A stretch of 64,000 bases of DNA from an uncultured bacterium (lineage in GTDB: Bacteria > Patescibacteriota > Patescibacteriia > UBA9570 > XYC2-FULL-38-9). The translations under genes were made by a program, and so were the position numbers. The DNA lies in assembly GCA_937996685.1 (NCBI GenBank), contig CALKUP010000015.1, positions 71,900-135,899 on the forward strand. The letters are read 5' to 3'. How positions within the stretch are numbered: position 1 is the stretch's first letter; every line of letters starts with the position of its first letter. Of the stretch, positions 10,977 to 21,467 are shown in pieces. The notes below the pieces were generated by a model. The model had not been told where the DNA came from, made no database searches, and saw nothing but the letters and a program-made list of their open reading frames with translations.

Positions 10977-12488
10977 TTACAGAAGCAGCCAGACACACGT
11001 CGTCGACACGATGGCCAGCGGCACGGTAAACGGCAGTGCCATGTAGAGCATCTTCCCGTAACCGAGCTCGATCTTCGCTGCAAGCGGCGAAGTCAGCAGA
11101 AACAGGAAGGCGGCCTGCCCGTTAGGGGTTGCGATCGACAGGATGTTGGTCCCGGCATTGATCGCGATAGCAAGCTTCTCGAACTCGTGGGCTGTGATGA
11201 CACCCGAATCGTACGCTGCCTTGGCCTCGTTGATGAAGACCGTGGCGACGAAGACGTTGTCGCTGATCGAGCTCAGCGCACCTGATGCAGCGAAGAACGT
11301 AAGGAGGATCCCTTGAGCGTTCTGGGCAAGCGCGAACTCAACCACTGGCTGGAAGAGTTGGTTGTGACCAATGACATCCACGATGCCAAAGAACACAACC
11401 AGAAGCGCTACGAACGGCAGCGAAAACGTGAACGCTTGTCCGATGTGGTGCTCGTCGTTGACGCCGTTGAACACCGTCGTCAGCACAATCAGGAACAAGC
11501 CGAGAATGCCAACCTCAGCGATGTGCGTCGCGAGCCCAGTCACGAGCAGTGCAGCGCACACAGCTTGCACGGCAAGCTTGTAGGTCTCGTCGACCGTGCG
11601 GGTAGAAGACTCTTCCTTGGCGTTGGTCTCGAGCAAGGTGCGGATGGCGACGGGCATCTCTGCGCCGTAACCAAACACGCGAAGCTTCTCGACCAGCACC
11701 GACAGGACCATGCCCGCGAAAAGCGTCGGCACGGTGACTGGAGCCATGTGAACCATGAATCCGACGAAGGTCCAATCCTCGGCGAACTCCACAGGGAGCG
11801 CGCTCTCCATGACATGAGCAATCAGCAAGTTCTGTGGCTCACCGACCTTAGTGAGCACACCGCCGAGCATCGTGCCGATAGCTGCTTGCATCGAAAGCGA
11901 CTGCAAGAACGAGCGGAACTGTGCCAGCTCCGCATCGTCGCCGTCTTCCGTGCGACTACGGTAGTCGTTGTACGTCTTGTACAGCGCCAAGAACACTGTG
12001 ATCACAATCGAAATGACCGTGAGTGCATCGAGGTTCGCTGACAGGACGGCGCCGGACATGCAGAACGCGAGGCCGAGGAGTGACTTCGACTTGATCCCCG
12101 TAAGGATCTTACTGAAGACAAACATCAGTAAGTCCTTCAGGAATGCCACACCAGCGACGACGAAAACCAACAAGAGGATGACCGGGAAGTTGTGGTGCGC
12201 CTCCTCATAGAGACCCTCAACCGTGCCCATGCCCAACACCAGCGACTCCATTACGAGGAGTCCGCCGGGCAGAAGCGGGTAGCACTTGAGCGCACCCGCG
12301 AGGAAGACGATGAACTCGGCCATGATGGCCCAGCCGACCGCGAACTTGCTGAATCCGGTAGCGAGAAGCGCCGGATTCAGAACCAAGAACATGATCACCA
12401 TGGCCTTGTACCACTCGGGCGTCGAGACGCCGAGGAACGAACGGAATGCTGCCTGGGACAGCGAATGTGAATGCTGCTGAGTTTCCAT
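10977..12488 (-). CDS. nhaB: Na+/H+ antiporter NhaB; GC-rich gene
   Basis: 503 aa; close similarity to E. coli NhaB over its whole length (KCYPLLPGGLL..., LDALTV...); GC-rich. Confidence 0.8.
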   Translation of the reverse strand: METQQHSHSLSQAAFRSFLGVSTPEWYKAMVIMFLVLNPALLATGFSKFAVGWAIMAEFIVFLAGALKCYPLLPGGLLVMESLVLGMGTVEGLYEEAHHNFPVILLLVFVVAGVAFLKDLLMFVFSKILTGIKSKSLLGLAFCMSGAVLSANLDALTVISIVITVFLALYKTYNDYRSRTEDGDDAELAQFRSFLQSLSMQAAIGTMLGGVLTKVGEPQNLLIAHVMESALPVEFAEDWTFVGFMVHMAPVTVPTLFAGMVLSVLVEKLRVFGYGAEMPVAIRTLLETNAKEESSTRTVDETYKLAVQAVCAALLVTGLATHIAEVGILGLFLIVLTTVFNGVNDEHHIGQAFTFSLPFVALLVVFFGIVDVIGHNQLFQPVVEFALAQNAQGILLTFFAASGALSSISDNVFVATVFINEAKAAYDSGVITAHEFEKLAIAINAGTNILSIATPNGQAAFLFLLTSPLAAKIELGYGKMLYMALPFTVPLAIVSTTCVWLLL

Positions 12489-12624
12489 TGCTTACTCCTC
12501 TGCTCTGTTACGGAATGTGAATGTGCGTCACAATACGCATACGCGTTGTGAAACCGTATAGAATTAGCACAGTCCTTGTGAAAATACAAGCAATAATAAC
12601 GACTGTGTGTATAAGATTATAAAA

Positions 12625-12770
12625 AGAAAAAAGCCCGCATCAGACAAACGTCATAGCGGGCACAAAAGAACAAAGGGATCTGAATGAATCGTTGTCAGAG
12701 ATATGACCGGAGGGTCCCAGGTAGCGGCAGGTCTGCCGCCGCCTACCTGGGGTTGTCTCGCTGTGAGGTC
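12625..12770. repeat. kup 3' trailer module, copy 1 (imperfect 36-nt hairpin plus rho-independent terminator); inverted copy of 25753..25895
   Basis: Near-identical to the reverse complement of 25753..25895 by direct comparison; contains cccaggtagcggcaggtctgccgccgcctacctggg and gcccgc...gcgggc followed by a T-run. Confidence 0.85.
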
Positions 12771-15149
12771 CTAGTGAGCGCTGATCCGGGGGCCAGCAGG
12801 GCCACCCAAGTGGACCGGCAGAGTCTCCTCTTCAATGCCGTCGTGATCCCCGAGGCCGAAGTAGTACTGCGCCGGGAAGGACAGGCGCGACATTGCGCGG
12901 TAAAGCGCGATTCCGATGCTGGAGTACCAGGGAGCGTCGCTGTCAACGATGATGTGGTCGTTGCCAACCACGATCTCACAGCTACCCGGATCAACGCTGA
13001 TCTGTCCGCTCTCCTTGAGCTCGGTCAGAACCTGCATGATGTCCGGCTGCTCAGCCCAGCCAACGCGGTAAATGACCGAGGTCACACCTTCGCTGAAATG
13101 GATGCAAGACACCCGGTTTCCGTTAGCGCGAGGAGTATCAAGCGGCTCCACCGTCAAGAACATAACGCGTTCGGGAACGGAACCGTGCCGACGAACGTAC
13201 TCGCTTGCCTGCAAGGGCAAAGACTGCTGAAGGCCTGTCACGCCAGTTGCTGACAAGAACGCAAACTTCCTCGCGGTCACCGGAAGTGAGCTGCTTGGAT
13301 TTTTCTGCGCATTCACCAGCTCTTCAAGCGTCATCGCACCTTTTTGCGCTTCTTGGATTGCGCTACGGATATGCTCCCTTGCGATCTTCCAGGACATCAT
13401 GACGACGTAGACGCAGAGACCCATTGCAACAGGGATCCAGGCCCCATCCGTGAACTTCAAGGCATTCGCAATGAAGTACGGCCCGTCAATGAAGACGATC
13501 AAGGAACCCCAAACCACACCAGCCTTCAACGCCCCCCACTTCCAGAGGTACCTGGAGATGAAGTACATGCTGACGCTAGTGATCAGCATCACCGTCGTCA
13601 CAGCCATGCCGTACGCTGCTGCGAGCGCGCTCGAAGTCTTGAAGACCAAGACAAGAAGCGCGCACACCGCGTACAGCATCCAGTTGACCGCGGGGATGTA
13701 GATCTGACCCTGATGATGATCCGATGTATGCAAGATCTCGAGCCGAGGCAGCAAGCCGAAGCTAATCGCTGCAACAGTAAGAGAAAAAGCACCGGATATC
13801 AGCGCCTGAGAAGCAATCACCGTCGCAGGTGTCGCCAGGAACACCATCGGCACCCGGAACATCTCCGGAACAATGCTGAAGAAGATGTTGCCCTCAATCG
13901 GGACACCTCCAGTAGCAATGAACGCTGCCTGACCACCGTAGTTCAGGAGCAGCGACGGCCCAACAATGAAGAACCAGCTCTTCTTGATCGCATCCAGACC
14001 GAAGTGTCCCAGGTCTGCGTACATCGCTTCAGTACCGGTCTCGGCGAGCACGGTCGACCCAAGTATTGCCATGTCGTTCAAGGCCAAAGCCATAAACGCC
14101 ATGCCGCCCACTGAACCGGCCAGGATTGGATGGTTGAAGAGGAAATCCAGAGCCGTCAGCGGATTCAGTGCTTGGATCAAGACCCACGGAGCGGCGGCGA
14201 GCGCCATTCCACCGAAAACAGCCAAGGAGATGAACCACGCAAGCATGATCCAACCAAAGATGCCTCCAATGAACTCCGTGCCCCTGCGCTGAATCGAGAA
14301 CAGCGCAGTCAGGATGGCGAGTGCCAGCGGCACGATGAACGAATCCATCGCAGGGTTCACGACCTTGAGACCTTCAAGGGCACTCAAAACCGAAACCGGA
14401 GGAGTCAGGCCGCCCTCACCGAAGAGGAAGGAAGCTGCGATTGGCAGAACCCGCTCAGCAATCAGCACAGAGATCGACGCCATGAAGCCAGCGCCTGCCA
14501 GCTTCTTCGCGTTGATCTCACGCATGAGGCCCATGAGAGCGAAGGTGCCGCCTTCGCTCTTCATGCTCGCACGCAAGACGAAGACCGTGTACTTCACGGA
14601 CACGACGAGCAGCAGGGTCCAGACGATGATCGAGAGAATGCCGAGAGCAGCAGACTGCATCTCCTGAGCCGGAATCACGAACGCCTCTTTGGCCTCCGTA
14701 TTGGTCAGGCAGTCTTCATTTCCTGCGCAGTGATGCTTCCAGGCCATCTCGTGCAGATGATGGAAGGTTTCGTTCATCGCGTAGAGCGGGCTCGTGCCGA
14801 TGTCGCCGTAGACAACACCAAGAGCACCAAGAAGGGCGGCTCCACCAGCAGCGGCATGCACCTCGGGAGAGAGGTGCGGAGTCGTCTGGGTAGTGAAACG
14901 ACCAGTCGCCTTTTGCCACCACGACTTTTCTTCGGGGGGCCAGTAGGTCAGGCTCTGCTCAAGAGCCAAGGGGTTGTCGTCAGTCTTCAAAGCCGAAGCT
15001 TCAACGGTCACGCTGACCGTAGTGGACGTCTGAGCCTCACGAGCATTGCGAGCCTCGATGTCATCCGCCATCTGCGGACCATCTGCATGAGCATCGCCAT
15101 CAGCATCGAGCTGATGACGAAGCCGCGTTTCATCAGGAGGCCTGGTCAT
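12771..15149 (-). CDS. kup: KUP/HAK/KT family potassium transporter (copy 1) with an N-terminal extension of about 95 aa; GC-rich
   Basis: GVVYGDIGTSPLY signature, 12-TM core and C-terminal cytoplasmic domain; start set at the ATG 15149 immediately after the conserved leader (ORF track extends to 15179). Confidence 0.8.
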   Translation of the reverse strand: MTRPPDETRLRHQLDADGDAHADGPQMADDIEARNAREAQTSTTVSVTVEASALKTDDNPLALEQSLTYWPPEEKSWWQKATGRFTTQTTPHLSPEVHAAAGGAALLGALGVVYGDIGTSPLYAMNETFHHLHEMAWKHHCAGNEDCLTNTEAKEAFVIPAQEMQSAALGILSIIVWTLLLVVSVKYTVFVLRASMKSEGGTFALMGLMREINAKKLAGAGFMASISVLIAERVLPIAASFLFGEGGLTPPVSVLSALEGLKVVNPAMDSFIVPLALAILTALFSIQRRGTEFIGGIFGWIMLAWFISLAVFGGMALAAAPWVLIQALNPLTALDFLFNHPILAGSVGGMAFMALALNDMAILGSTVLAETGTEAMYADLGHFGLDAIKKSWFFIVGPSLLLNYGGQAAFIATGGVPIEGNIFFSIVPEMFRVPMVFLATPATVIASQALISGAFSLTVAAISFGLLPRLEILHTSDHHQGQIYIPAVNWMLYAVCALLVLVFKTSSALAAAYGMAVTTVMLITSVSMYFISRYLWKWGALKAGVVWGSLIVFIDGPYFIANALKFTDGAWIPVAMGLCVYVVMMSWKIAREHIRSAIQEAQKGAMTLEELVNAQKNPSSSLPVTARKFAFLSATGVTGLQQSLPLQASEYVRRHGSVPERVMFLTVEPLDTPRANGNRVSCIHFSEGVTSVIYRVGWAEQPDIMQVLTELKESGQISVDPGSCEIVVGNDHIIVDSDAPWYSSIGIALYRAMSRLSFPAQYYFGLGDHDGIEEETLPVHLGGPAGPRISAH

Positions 15150-15395
15150 GGCATTTTCCCAACGAAGGTCGCGTGGCACTTGCCGACGCGAACAAAGACG
15201 ATATGGTCAAACGGCACTCGCCGCTGACAACCATCGCCTACACACAGATTTTCGGTCTGCATGTTCTCCGCCTGGTGCGTTACGCCAGCTAAGGGTCCTT
15301 TTGACGCTTTAAAGTTTTTTGTCGTTTGTTCGACAAACAACGATTCATTCATGTGAATGTGCACGTTGTTCGATCGGCCATGGTAAGGAAGAAAA
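15150..15395 (-). promoter_or_regulatory. Conserved kup leader, copy 1 (block A of about 80 nt, a variable hairpin, block B of about 120 nt, then ATG)
   Basis: Blocks A and B are near-identical (about 90-95%) to 23351..23592 upstream of the second kup, although the two coding sequences are only about 35-40% identical in protein. Confidence 0.6.
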
Positions 15396-15729
15396 AGCTT
15401 CTGCTTCTAATTTCTTTTCACGGCAAATCGAGCAACAAAAATGGACACAGCTCGCCTGCTATTGCGATATCTTTTTTCTCTTGATCTATAGTGAATTACC
15501 TACTGTTTTTCTGCCCTCCTTTATGGAGAGAAGTCGTGCGTCGCTCTATTACAGACCAAGATATACCAACAATGAAATGTTCAGGAATACGAGCGTATTA
15601 TTGCCCTGTTTTCCGGGGCAAATGTAACGCTAAAGCTTTTTTATGTCAATAGTTGATATATCAAACTGTGTATATATCAAAAGAACTCCGATTACTTCGG
15701 AGTTCTTCGAAAAAAATGAATCAACTATT

Positions 15730-16260
15730 CTATTTTTGAATCTCTGCTAACACTTGTTTTACAACATCAGCAGGCAGCAAATTATCTGTATCAATCACTG
15801 TCATACTATGACTTGTATAGAGCTCATTACGATCATTAAACAGCTGTTGAATATTGTTTGTAATCCGCTCTTGATCAGATTGTGTTGCTTGCGGATGGCT
15901 GCCAATAATCCGTTTTGCAAGTACTTCTGGAGAAGCCTTTAAATAAACGATGTGTAGTGCGGCTGAATTTTCTCGAAAATATTCCAAGTTCAATTCATTT
16001 TCAACAATATCTCCACTGCATGCCACGACTGTTGCATTAGCGTGTGTGCTAATATCACGACTCACATCAAGTTCCAATTCTTGCCACAATGAACGACGCA
16101 CAGCATACACTTCTTCTGTTGAATCAAATCCAGAACGCTCAAGTGTGACTGCGTCCATCTCAATAAAATCTGCATTCAACTCTTTTGCGAGCGCTTGTCC
16201 AACTGTTGTTTTTCCTGAACCAATCAGGCCGAATAAAAGAATTTTCATAAATAGTTTCAA
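15730..16260 (-). CDS. P-loop kinase, shikimate kinase/gluconokinase-like
   Basis: 176 aa; Walker A LIGSGKTTVG; the size and fold are typical of the AroK family. Confidence 0.5.
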   Translation of the reverse strand: MKLFMKILLFGLIGSGKTTVGQALAKELNADFIEMDAVTLERSGFDSTEEVYAVRRSLWQELELDVSRDISTHANATVVACSGDIVENELNLEYFRENSAALHIVYLKASPEVLAKRIIGSHPQATQSDQERITNNIQQLFNDRNELYTSHSMTVIDTDNLLPADVVKQVLAEIQK

Positions 16261-16266
16261 TCAAAT

Positions 16267-18039
16267 TTATTTTAAAATCATTGGAGCATCAGAATCGAAC
16301 TCGACCGTACTGCGGTTATGTTGAAAATTACGTTGACCAACGCGACTAATAAACAACATGACAATTGTTAATACACCAACGCGACCGATAAACATCATGA
16401 TTGCCATAATAACTTTCGCTGTCACACTAAATGCAGAATAATTTCCTGTCGCACCAGAATTAGAGGCGCCGTTAATGACGGCTGGTCCAATATTTCCAAG
16501 ATTTGCAATCGCTGCTGTAAACGCTGTTTCTAAATCCATTGTTGCAGATCCACCGTTCACAAAATAAATTGTTGCACTGGTGAGCGCAATTAAGACCGCG
16601 CCAGCGAAGAAAATCAAGAAGTAAATAATCATATTCACCAAAATCAACCCAGCTGTTTTGTTGTCATATCGCATTCCATCAACCACGAATGAATCGTCAT
16701 TGCGTCCATGAATGACATTGAGAATTTGCATTTTGCAATATTTGTACAACACAACAAACCGCAATGTTTTCAAACCACCGCCAGTTGAACCAACAGATCC
16801 ACCCATGAGGTATGACAAGAATAAAATTGCAATTGCACCAATTGGCCACACAGAGAAATCTGTATTTGCATATCCAGTTGTTGAAACAATTGTTGTCACA
16901 CTGAAAAACGCATAACGCAAATTATCAAGCGCAGTTCCAATGCGGTCAGGCCATGTCATGAGCACTGCCCAAATTCCAAGAGTTGAGAGAATAATGAACG
17001 CCCAAAATGCACGGAACTCTGTGTTGTTAAACATTGCACTGGCTTTCTTTTTGAACATCAACATATACCACAGCGCAAGATTCATTCCGGCAAATGCCAT
17101 GAAAAATGCGAGCACCCATTCAGACATTGGATTTTGTAATCCACCAATCACCCGTGTGCCGTCTGGCAATGTTTGCATCAACCCAACACTTGTATCGTAC
17201 ACACCAAAGCCACCGGTTCCGAGAGCGCCAAACATCATTGTCAGCGCATCAAACACATTGTCGTACCATTGCGTATAAGGAGTTACACGGAAATACGCAC
17301 CAGTAATCAGCAGTAACACAGTACAAATCACACTCAATACAACATAGACTTTCAAAAATTCTGCACCTGAATTAATCGCCTCTTCCTCATCTTTGTAGAG
17401 CATGAAGACTGGAGTCTCGGCTTCAGAGTTAATGATTTCACCACGACGTGTTTGAAAACCGCGCCATAGTGTAATGATCATATATGCAATACCCATGCCA
17501 CCAACCCAATGAGTCCACGATCGATAGAAGATTACCGAACGTGGAAAGGCTTCAACACTTGGCAAGATACTTGTTCCAGTTGTTGTGAACCCAGACATTG
17601 CCTCATAAAATCCATCAACATATTGACGCCAGAGGCCAAATGTTTCTGCTTGCGCTGGAACTGGGAAACCACTCAAGATGAAATAAAAACTTGAGATAGA
17701 ACACGCAAAAAACCACACAAGCAAAATCACGAATGCGCCATGTTTTAAATCAAGCTTGGTTTGCACTGGATAGACTTTGCGAATAATTTGCCCGATCGCA
17801 AAAGCACCAAAACTTACAAGAGCAGCCCATACAATGTTCATCGGTTGCTCTACTGGAAATCGCGGATCATTCATTCCAATGTAAAACCAACTGACAAGTA
17901 ATGTGAGCACAAAAGACAAGCCAAGAATCACTTGCACTTCTAATGCTGGGACAAGCACGCTGACAACTTCATCAAACGCACGTTTCAAAAAATTCCCTTC
18001 TTTTTTTGTTTGTCGACTCTCTTCTTGCGACATATTCAT
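16267..18039 (-). CDS. TrkH/KtrB/HKT-family cation (K+) transporter
   Basis: 590 aa polytopic protein; selectivity-filter-like motif AMSGFTTTGTS and repeated membrane-pore-membrane organisation. Confidence 0.6.
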   Translation of the reverse strand: MNMSQEESRQTKKEGNFLKRAFDEVVSVLVPALEVQVILGLSFVLTLLVSWFYIGMNDPRFPVEQPMNIVWAALVSFGAFAIGQIIRKVYPVQTKLDLKHGAFVILLVWFFACSISSFYFILSGFPVPAQAETFGLWRQYVDGFYEAMSGFTTTGTSILPSVEAFPRSVIFYRSWTHWVGGMGIAYMIITLWRGFQTRRGEIINSEAETPVFMLYKDEEEAINSGAEFLKVYVVLSVICTVLLLITGAYFRVTPYTQWYDNVFDALTMMFGALGTGGFGVYDTSVGLMQTLPDGTRVIGGLQNPMSEWVLAFFMAFAGMNLALWYMLMFKKKASAMFNNTEFRAFWAFIILSTLGIWAVLMTWPDRIGTALDNLRYAFFSVTTIVSTTGYANTDFSVWPIGAIAILFLSYLMGGSVGSTGGGLKTLRFVVLYKYCKMQILNVIHGRNDDSFVVDGMRYDNKTAGLILVNMIIYFLIFFAGAVLIALTSATIYFVNGGSATMDLETAFTAAIANLGNIGPAVINGASNSGATGNYSAFSVTAKVIMAIMMFIGRVGVLTIVMLFISRVGQRNFQHNRSTVEFDSDAPMILK

Positions 18040-18371
18040 AGAATGTGTTAGAGTCTGCAGCTTGTGCTTTGAAAAATTTCCTGCACAAAAACAGACGTAT
18101 ATCGAATTAAATTACCCTTGACAATGAATGGATGTACTAGCGACATGTATCATTTTTGTAAAAAAATTCCACATGTCGATAGTCATCTGCGCAAACCTTT
18201 TTGTTCGCACAAACAATCAACAACGTATCATTTTTTTATTACGTTGTCGCAAGTACAGTGCATTGCACACGAGCATAGCACAGACTACTCTTGTTTTTTT
18301 TACGCGTCAAGAAACGAAAAAAAACGGAAGCTAGTCCGTTTTTTTTATTTGTAGAAAAATGCTTGTTTTTA

Positions 18372-20018
18372 TTAACCGATTTGCACTTTTTGTGCACCCG
18401 CGTGATCTTCTGATGGCGGATGGTTATGGAAACGTCGTTTCCATGGAAGTGCTGCAAGTAATGTCAACGGTCCAACGCGACCAAATAACATTGTTGCAAT
18501 CAACAAGAACTTTGAGAACGGAGTCAAAATTGCTGCGAAACTTGTGACGCCGCCAGCAAAGCCCATTGAAAGACCAACAGTACCGAACGCTGAGAAAATT
18601 TCAAAGATAACTTTCAAGAAGTTGAATGTTGGATCTGGAGTCATCAAGAATTTATATTCAACCAGTGTAATCAAGAATGTAACAACACCGATGAATGACA
18701 AACTAAAGAAGAACAAACGAATTGCATGTGATACAGCAAATTTACTGATCACACCTCCAAATAAACGCACTGGTTCGTTTGGTTTTTTGAACCAATCAAG
18801 AATGTATCCAACGAGAACTGCAAAGGTTGGGATTTTGATACCACCACCTGTACCAGCTGGATTGGCACCGATATACATCAAGAGCATGTACAAGAATAAT
18901 GTCGCAGCACCAAGCGCTCCGATATCAATCGTATTGAAACCGGCTGTTCGAGTTGAAGTACTTTGGAAAAATGCGATGAGCACTTTTTGCCACACTGTGT
19001 GACCTTCCATGATTGGATTATTCCATTCAACGATCAACGGGATAATTGTTCCGATACTGAGTAATGCGAATGTTCCCCAGATCGCAACACGCAATTGGAC
19101 TGGAGAAGCCATAACGCCGTTGACTGATTTTTCTAACGCTTGTTGTTTTGCACTTTCACGTTTGCGAATCACACGACTCATTGCAGCATGTCCAGCAATT
19201 AATACTGGATAGCCAATACCGCCGAGGATAATCAAGAATGCAATTGTGAGAGAAATAACAGAATCGTTCACGAAATTTACAAGATTGTTATTCATCAATC
19301 CAAAGCCAGCATTGTTAAACGCTGAAACTGAATGGAAGAGAGACCACCACCATGGGTTCAAATTGTTAATCATTGCTGGATCAACAAAAAATTGCAGGTG
19401 CACACCCATAATCACTGTCGCGAGACCTTCAATTAAGAAAGTGTACATAAACACATGTTTCAACATGGTTCCAACTTCATGTCCTTCTGCATCTAAAATA
19501 TTTGCAAGTAAATTTTTAAATGAAGAACCTTCAGACAATCCTTGAACAACCGCGAATGCAAACAATGAAGTAAACACGATAATCCCAAGACCGCCCATTT
19601 GAATCAAAATCATTGTGATGATTTGACCGCCGAGGGTAAATTCTGAAAAGTCTGTTGATGTCAGACCAGTTACACACAGCGCTGAAACAGCAGTAAACCA
19701 CGTGTCGATAAATTTTTCACCTTTGTACTGAATGTTTTGCACAAACGTGTGTGTTTGTGTCGGCGCTTCACCAACAGTCCCGCTAAACAATGGTGTTGTT
19801 GGAGTGACATTCACTTCTTGCAAGACAGCTTGCTTTGCGTGGACATCGCGATTTTTTTCTGTTCCGTATAAAATACCACCACCAATCAGTGACATTAATA
19901 CAAACGAAATGATCGTTGCCTCAGCAGCTGTAAAGAACGAAAATTTTTCAAACAAGGATTCAACAATTTTTTTCATATTAAAAATACTCTTTCTTAAGTC
20001 ACAATAACTGACCCACAA
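18372..20018 (-). CDS. TrkH/KtrB-family K+ transporter
   Basis: 548 aa; CVTGLTSTDFS and STRTAGFNTIDI motifs typical of KtrB/TrkH pore loops. Confidence 0.65.
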   Translation of the reverse strand: MWVSYCDLRKSIFNMKKIVESLFEKFSFFTAAEATIISFVLMSLIGGGILYGTEKNRDVHAKQAVLQEVNVTPTTPLFSGTVGEAPTQTHTFVQNIQYKGEKFIDTWFTAVSALCVTGLTSTDFSEFTLGGQIITMILIQMGGLGIIVFTSLFAFAVVQGLSEGSSFKNLLANILDAEGHEVGTMLKHVFMYTFLIEGLATVIMGVHLQFFVDPAMINNLNPWWWSLFHSVSAFNNAGFGLMNNNLVNFVNDSVISLTIAFLIILGGIGYPVLIAGHAAMSRVIRKRESAKQQALEKSVNGVMASPVQLRVAIWGTFALLSIGTIIPLIVEWNNPIMEGHTVWQKVLIAFFQSTSTRTAGFNTIDIGALGAATLFLYMLLMYIGANPAGTGGGIKIPTFAVLVGYILDWFKKPNEPVRLFGGVISKFAVSHAIRLFFFSLSFIGVVTFLITLVEYKFLMTPDPTFNFLKVIFEIFSAFGTVGLSMGFAGGVTSFAAILTPFSKFLLIATMLFGRVGPLTLLAALPWKRRFHNHPPSEDHAGAQKVQIG

Positions 20019-20116
20019 TACACATTGCAGTCAGTATTTCTTAAGAAGAGTATAAAAACGAACCCCTTGAGTCAATCAATTTTTATCAACAAATATATCT
20101 AATTTTAGCTATATCA

Positions 20117-21448
20117 TTAAGCGATATACCACCAATAGAGCATGCCAAATGTCACCAGCCCATTAATGAATACAAGCGGGAAACCATACGCCAAATATTT
20201 CAAGAAAATAACATGGAATTTTTCTCGTTCTGCTTGCCCGAGAGCAACAACGTTACACGCTGCCCCAATTGGAGATCCAGCGCCGCCAAGTGATGTTCCA
20301 AGGTTGAGTGCCCACCATAACGGATAGACGAAAATCCCTGCTTTTGCCATTGCTTGAATCGCACCGACCATCGCGATGTTGTATGGCACGTTATCAATAA
20401 AGGTTGAAATTGCGCCAGAGCCAACTGATGTAAAGAATAATAATTTTCCTAAATCTCCATCAGTCAATTCAACGAGCTTCTCTGCTAAAAATGCAATAAC
20501 TCCAGTATGCTCTAGCCCACCGACAATAATAAACAGGCCCATGAAAAAGAAAATAATTTCCCAATCAATCAGCTTTGTAAAAACGTCGTGCATATCTTTT
20601 TTAAACGCGATAATCGCAAGGAACGCGCCGGTGAGTGTCAGTGTTGCGTTGTCGAGCGTGATGCCAGTTGCCTCAGTAATATATTCACGTGTCACCATTA
20701 ATAAAATGACAACGATTAATAGTGGGACACCGAATTTCAAAATTTGACGATCTTTAATTGCGGCTTTTGGATTAAACAATTTTAAGCTTTCAGTTTTCAC
20801 CTCAACGGCTTTCAGTTGTTTATTAAAGACAAGTAATGAATAGCTCATTACAACAACAGACAAGATCCATACAATAGCGCCAGAATTTCGCACCACTTCT
20901 GCAAAGCCAAGCCCAACAGTTTTGGCTTGATAATAGGTTGTCGGGTCAGAGATTGGCGTCATCGCACCACCGATATTTGCCATGGTGATCATCACAAAAA
21001 AATACGGCAGAAATGGCAACTTCAATTCTCGAATCAAGACAATGAGCACGGGAGTTAAAATCAATACAGTCGGAATATTTGAAAGCAGCGCTGTCATTAC
21101 TAATGACAAATACCCAAACACAATCAATAAAAGACGCGGCTTCCCTTTCACCAGTTGTACTAATCGAATGGCAAGTGACTCAAAAAGACCGGATTCTTTG
21201 ACGATGCCAACCAGCACCATCATCCCGATAATAAACCCTAAGACGTCAATATTTTTCTTCACAAACTCAAGCGCGCCGGCCTGGGAACTCGCTTCAACGG
21301 TTTTGAACACTTGCAAATAAATGAGGATCGCAGCGCCAAGCATCACAACGATCACTTTGTTAATTTTTTCAGCGATAAGAAAGGCGTACGTGACAAACAA
21401 TACAACGATGGCCATTGCTCCGTATACTGTAATATGATCTGGATTCAT
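20117..21448 (-). CDS. ArsB/NhaD/CitMHS-superfamily ion permease
   Basis: 443 aa; 12-14 TM with internal duplication; resembles the anion-permease ArsB/NhaD fold. Confidence 0.55.
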   Translation of the reverse strand: MNPDHITVYGAMAIVVLFVTYAFLIAEKINKVIVVMLGAAILIYLQVFKTVEASSQAGALEFVKKNIDVLGFIIGMMVLVGIVKESGLFESLAIRLVQLVKGKPRLLLIVFGYLSLVMTALLSNIPTVLILTPVLIVLIRELKLPFLPYFFVMITMANIGGAMTPISDPTTYYQAKTVGLGFAEVVRNSGAIVWILSVVVMSYSLLVFNKQLKAVEVKTESLKLFNPKAAIKDRQILKFGVPLLIVVILLMVTREYITEATGITLDNATLTLTGAFLAIIAFKKDMHDVFTKLIDWEIIFFFMGLFIIVGGLEHTGVIAFLAEKLVELTDGDLGKLLFFTSVGSGAISTFIDNVPYNIAMVGAIQAMAKAGIFVYPLWWALNLGTSLGGAGSPIGAACNVVALGQAEREKFHVIFLKYLAYGFPLVFINGLVTFGMLYWWYIA

Positions 21449-21467
21449 AAAAGTGTTATTTCTGTTT

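Noticed and set aside
12684-13253. ORF whose first 27 aa (MNRCQRYDRRVPGSGRSAAAYLGLSRC) are identical to the N-terminus of ORF 23428..25833
   Set aside because: The identity arises because both ORFs start inside the duplicated kup trailer repeat. They are not real paralogous genes.
15146-15364. Short ORFs 15146..15364 and 23237..23503 sharing VHIHMNESLFVEQTTK, and 14130..15227 / 23514..23726 sharing ...WHLPTR(T/S)KTIWSNGTRR
   Set aside because: These are translation artefacts of the conserved non-coding kup leader blocks A and B. The frames differ between copies relative to the kup start codons.
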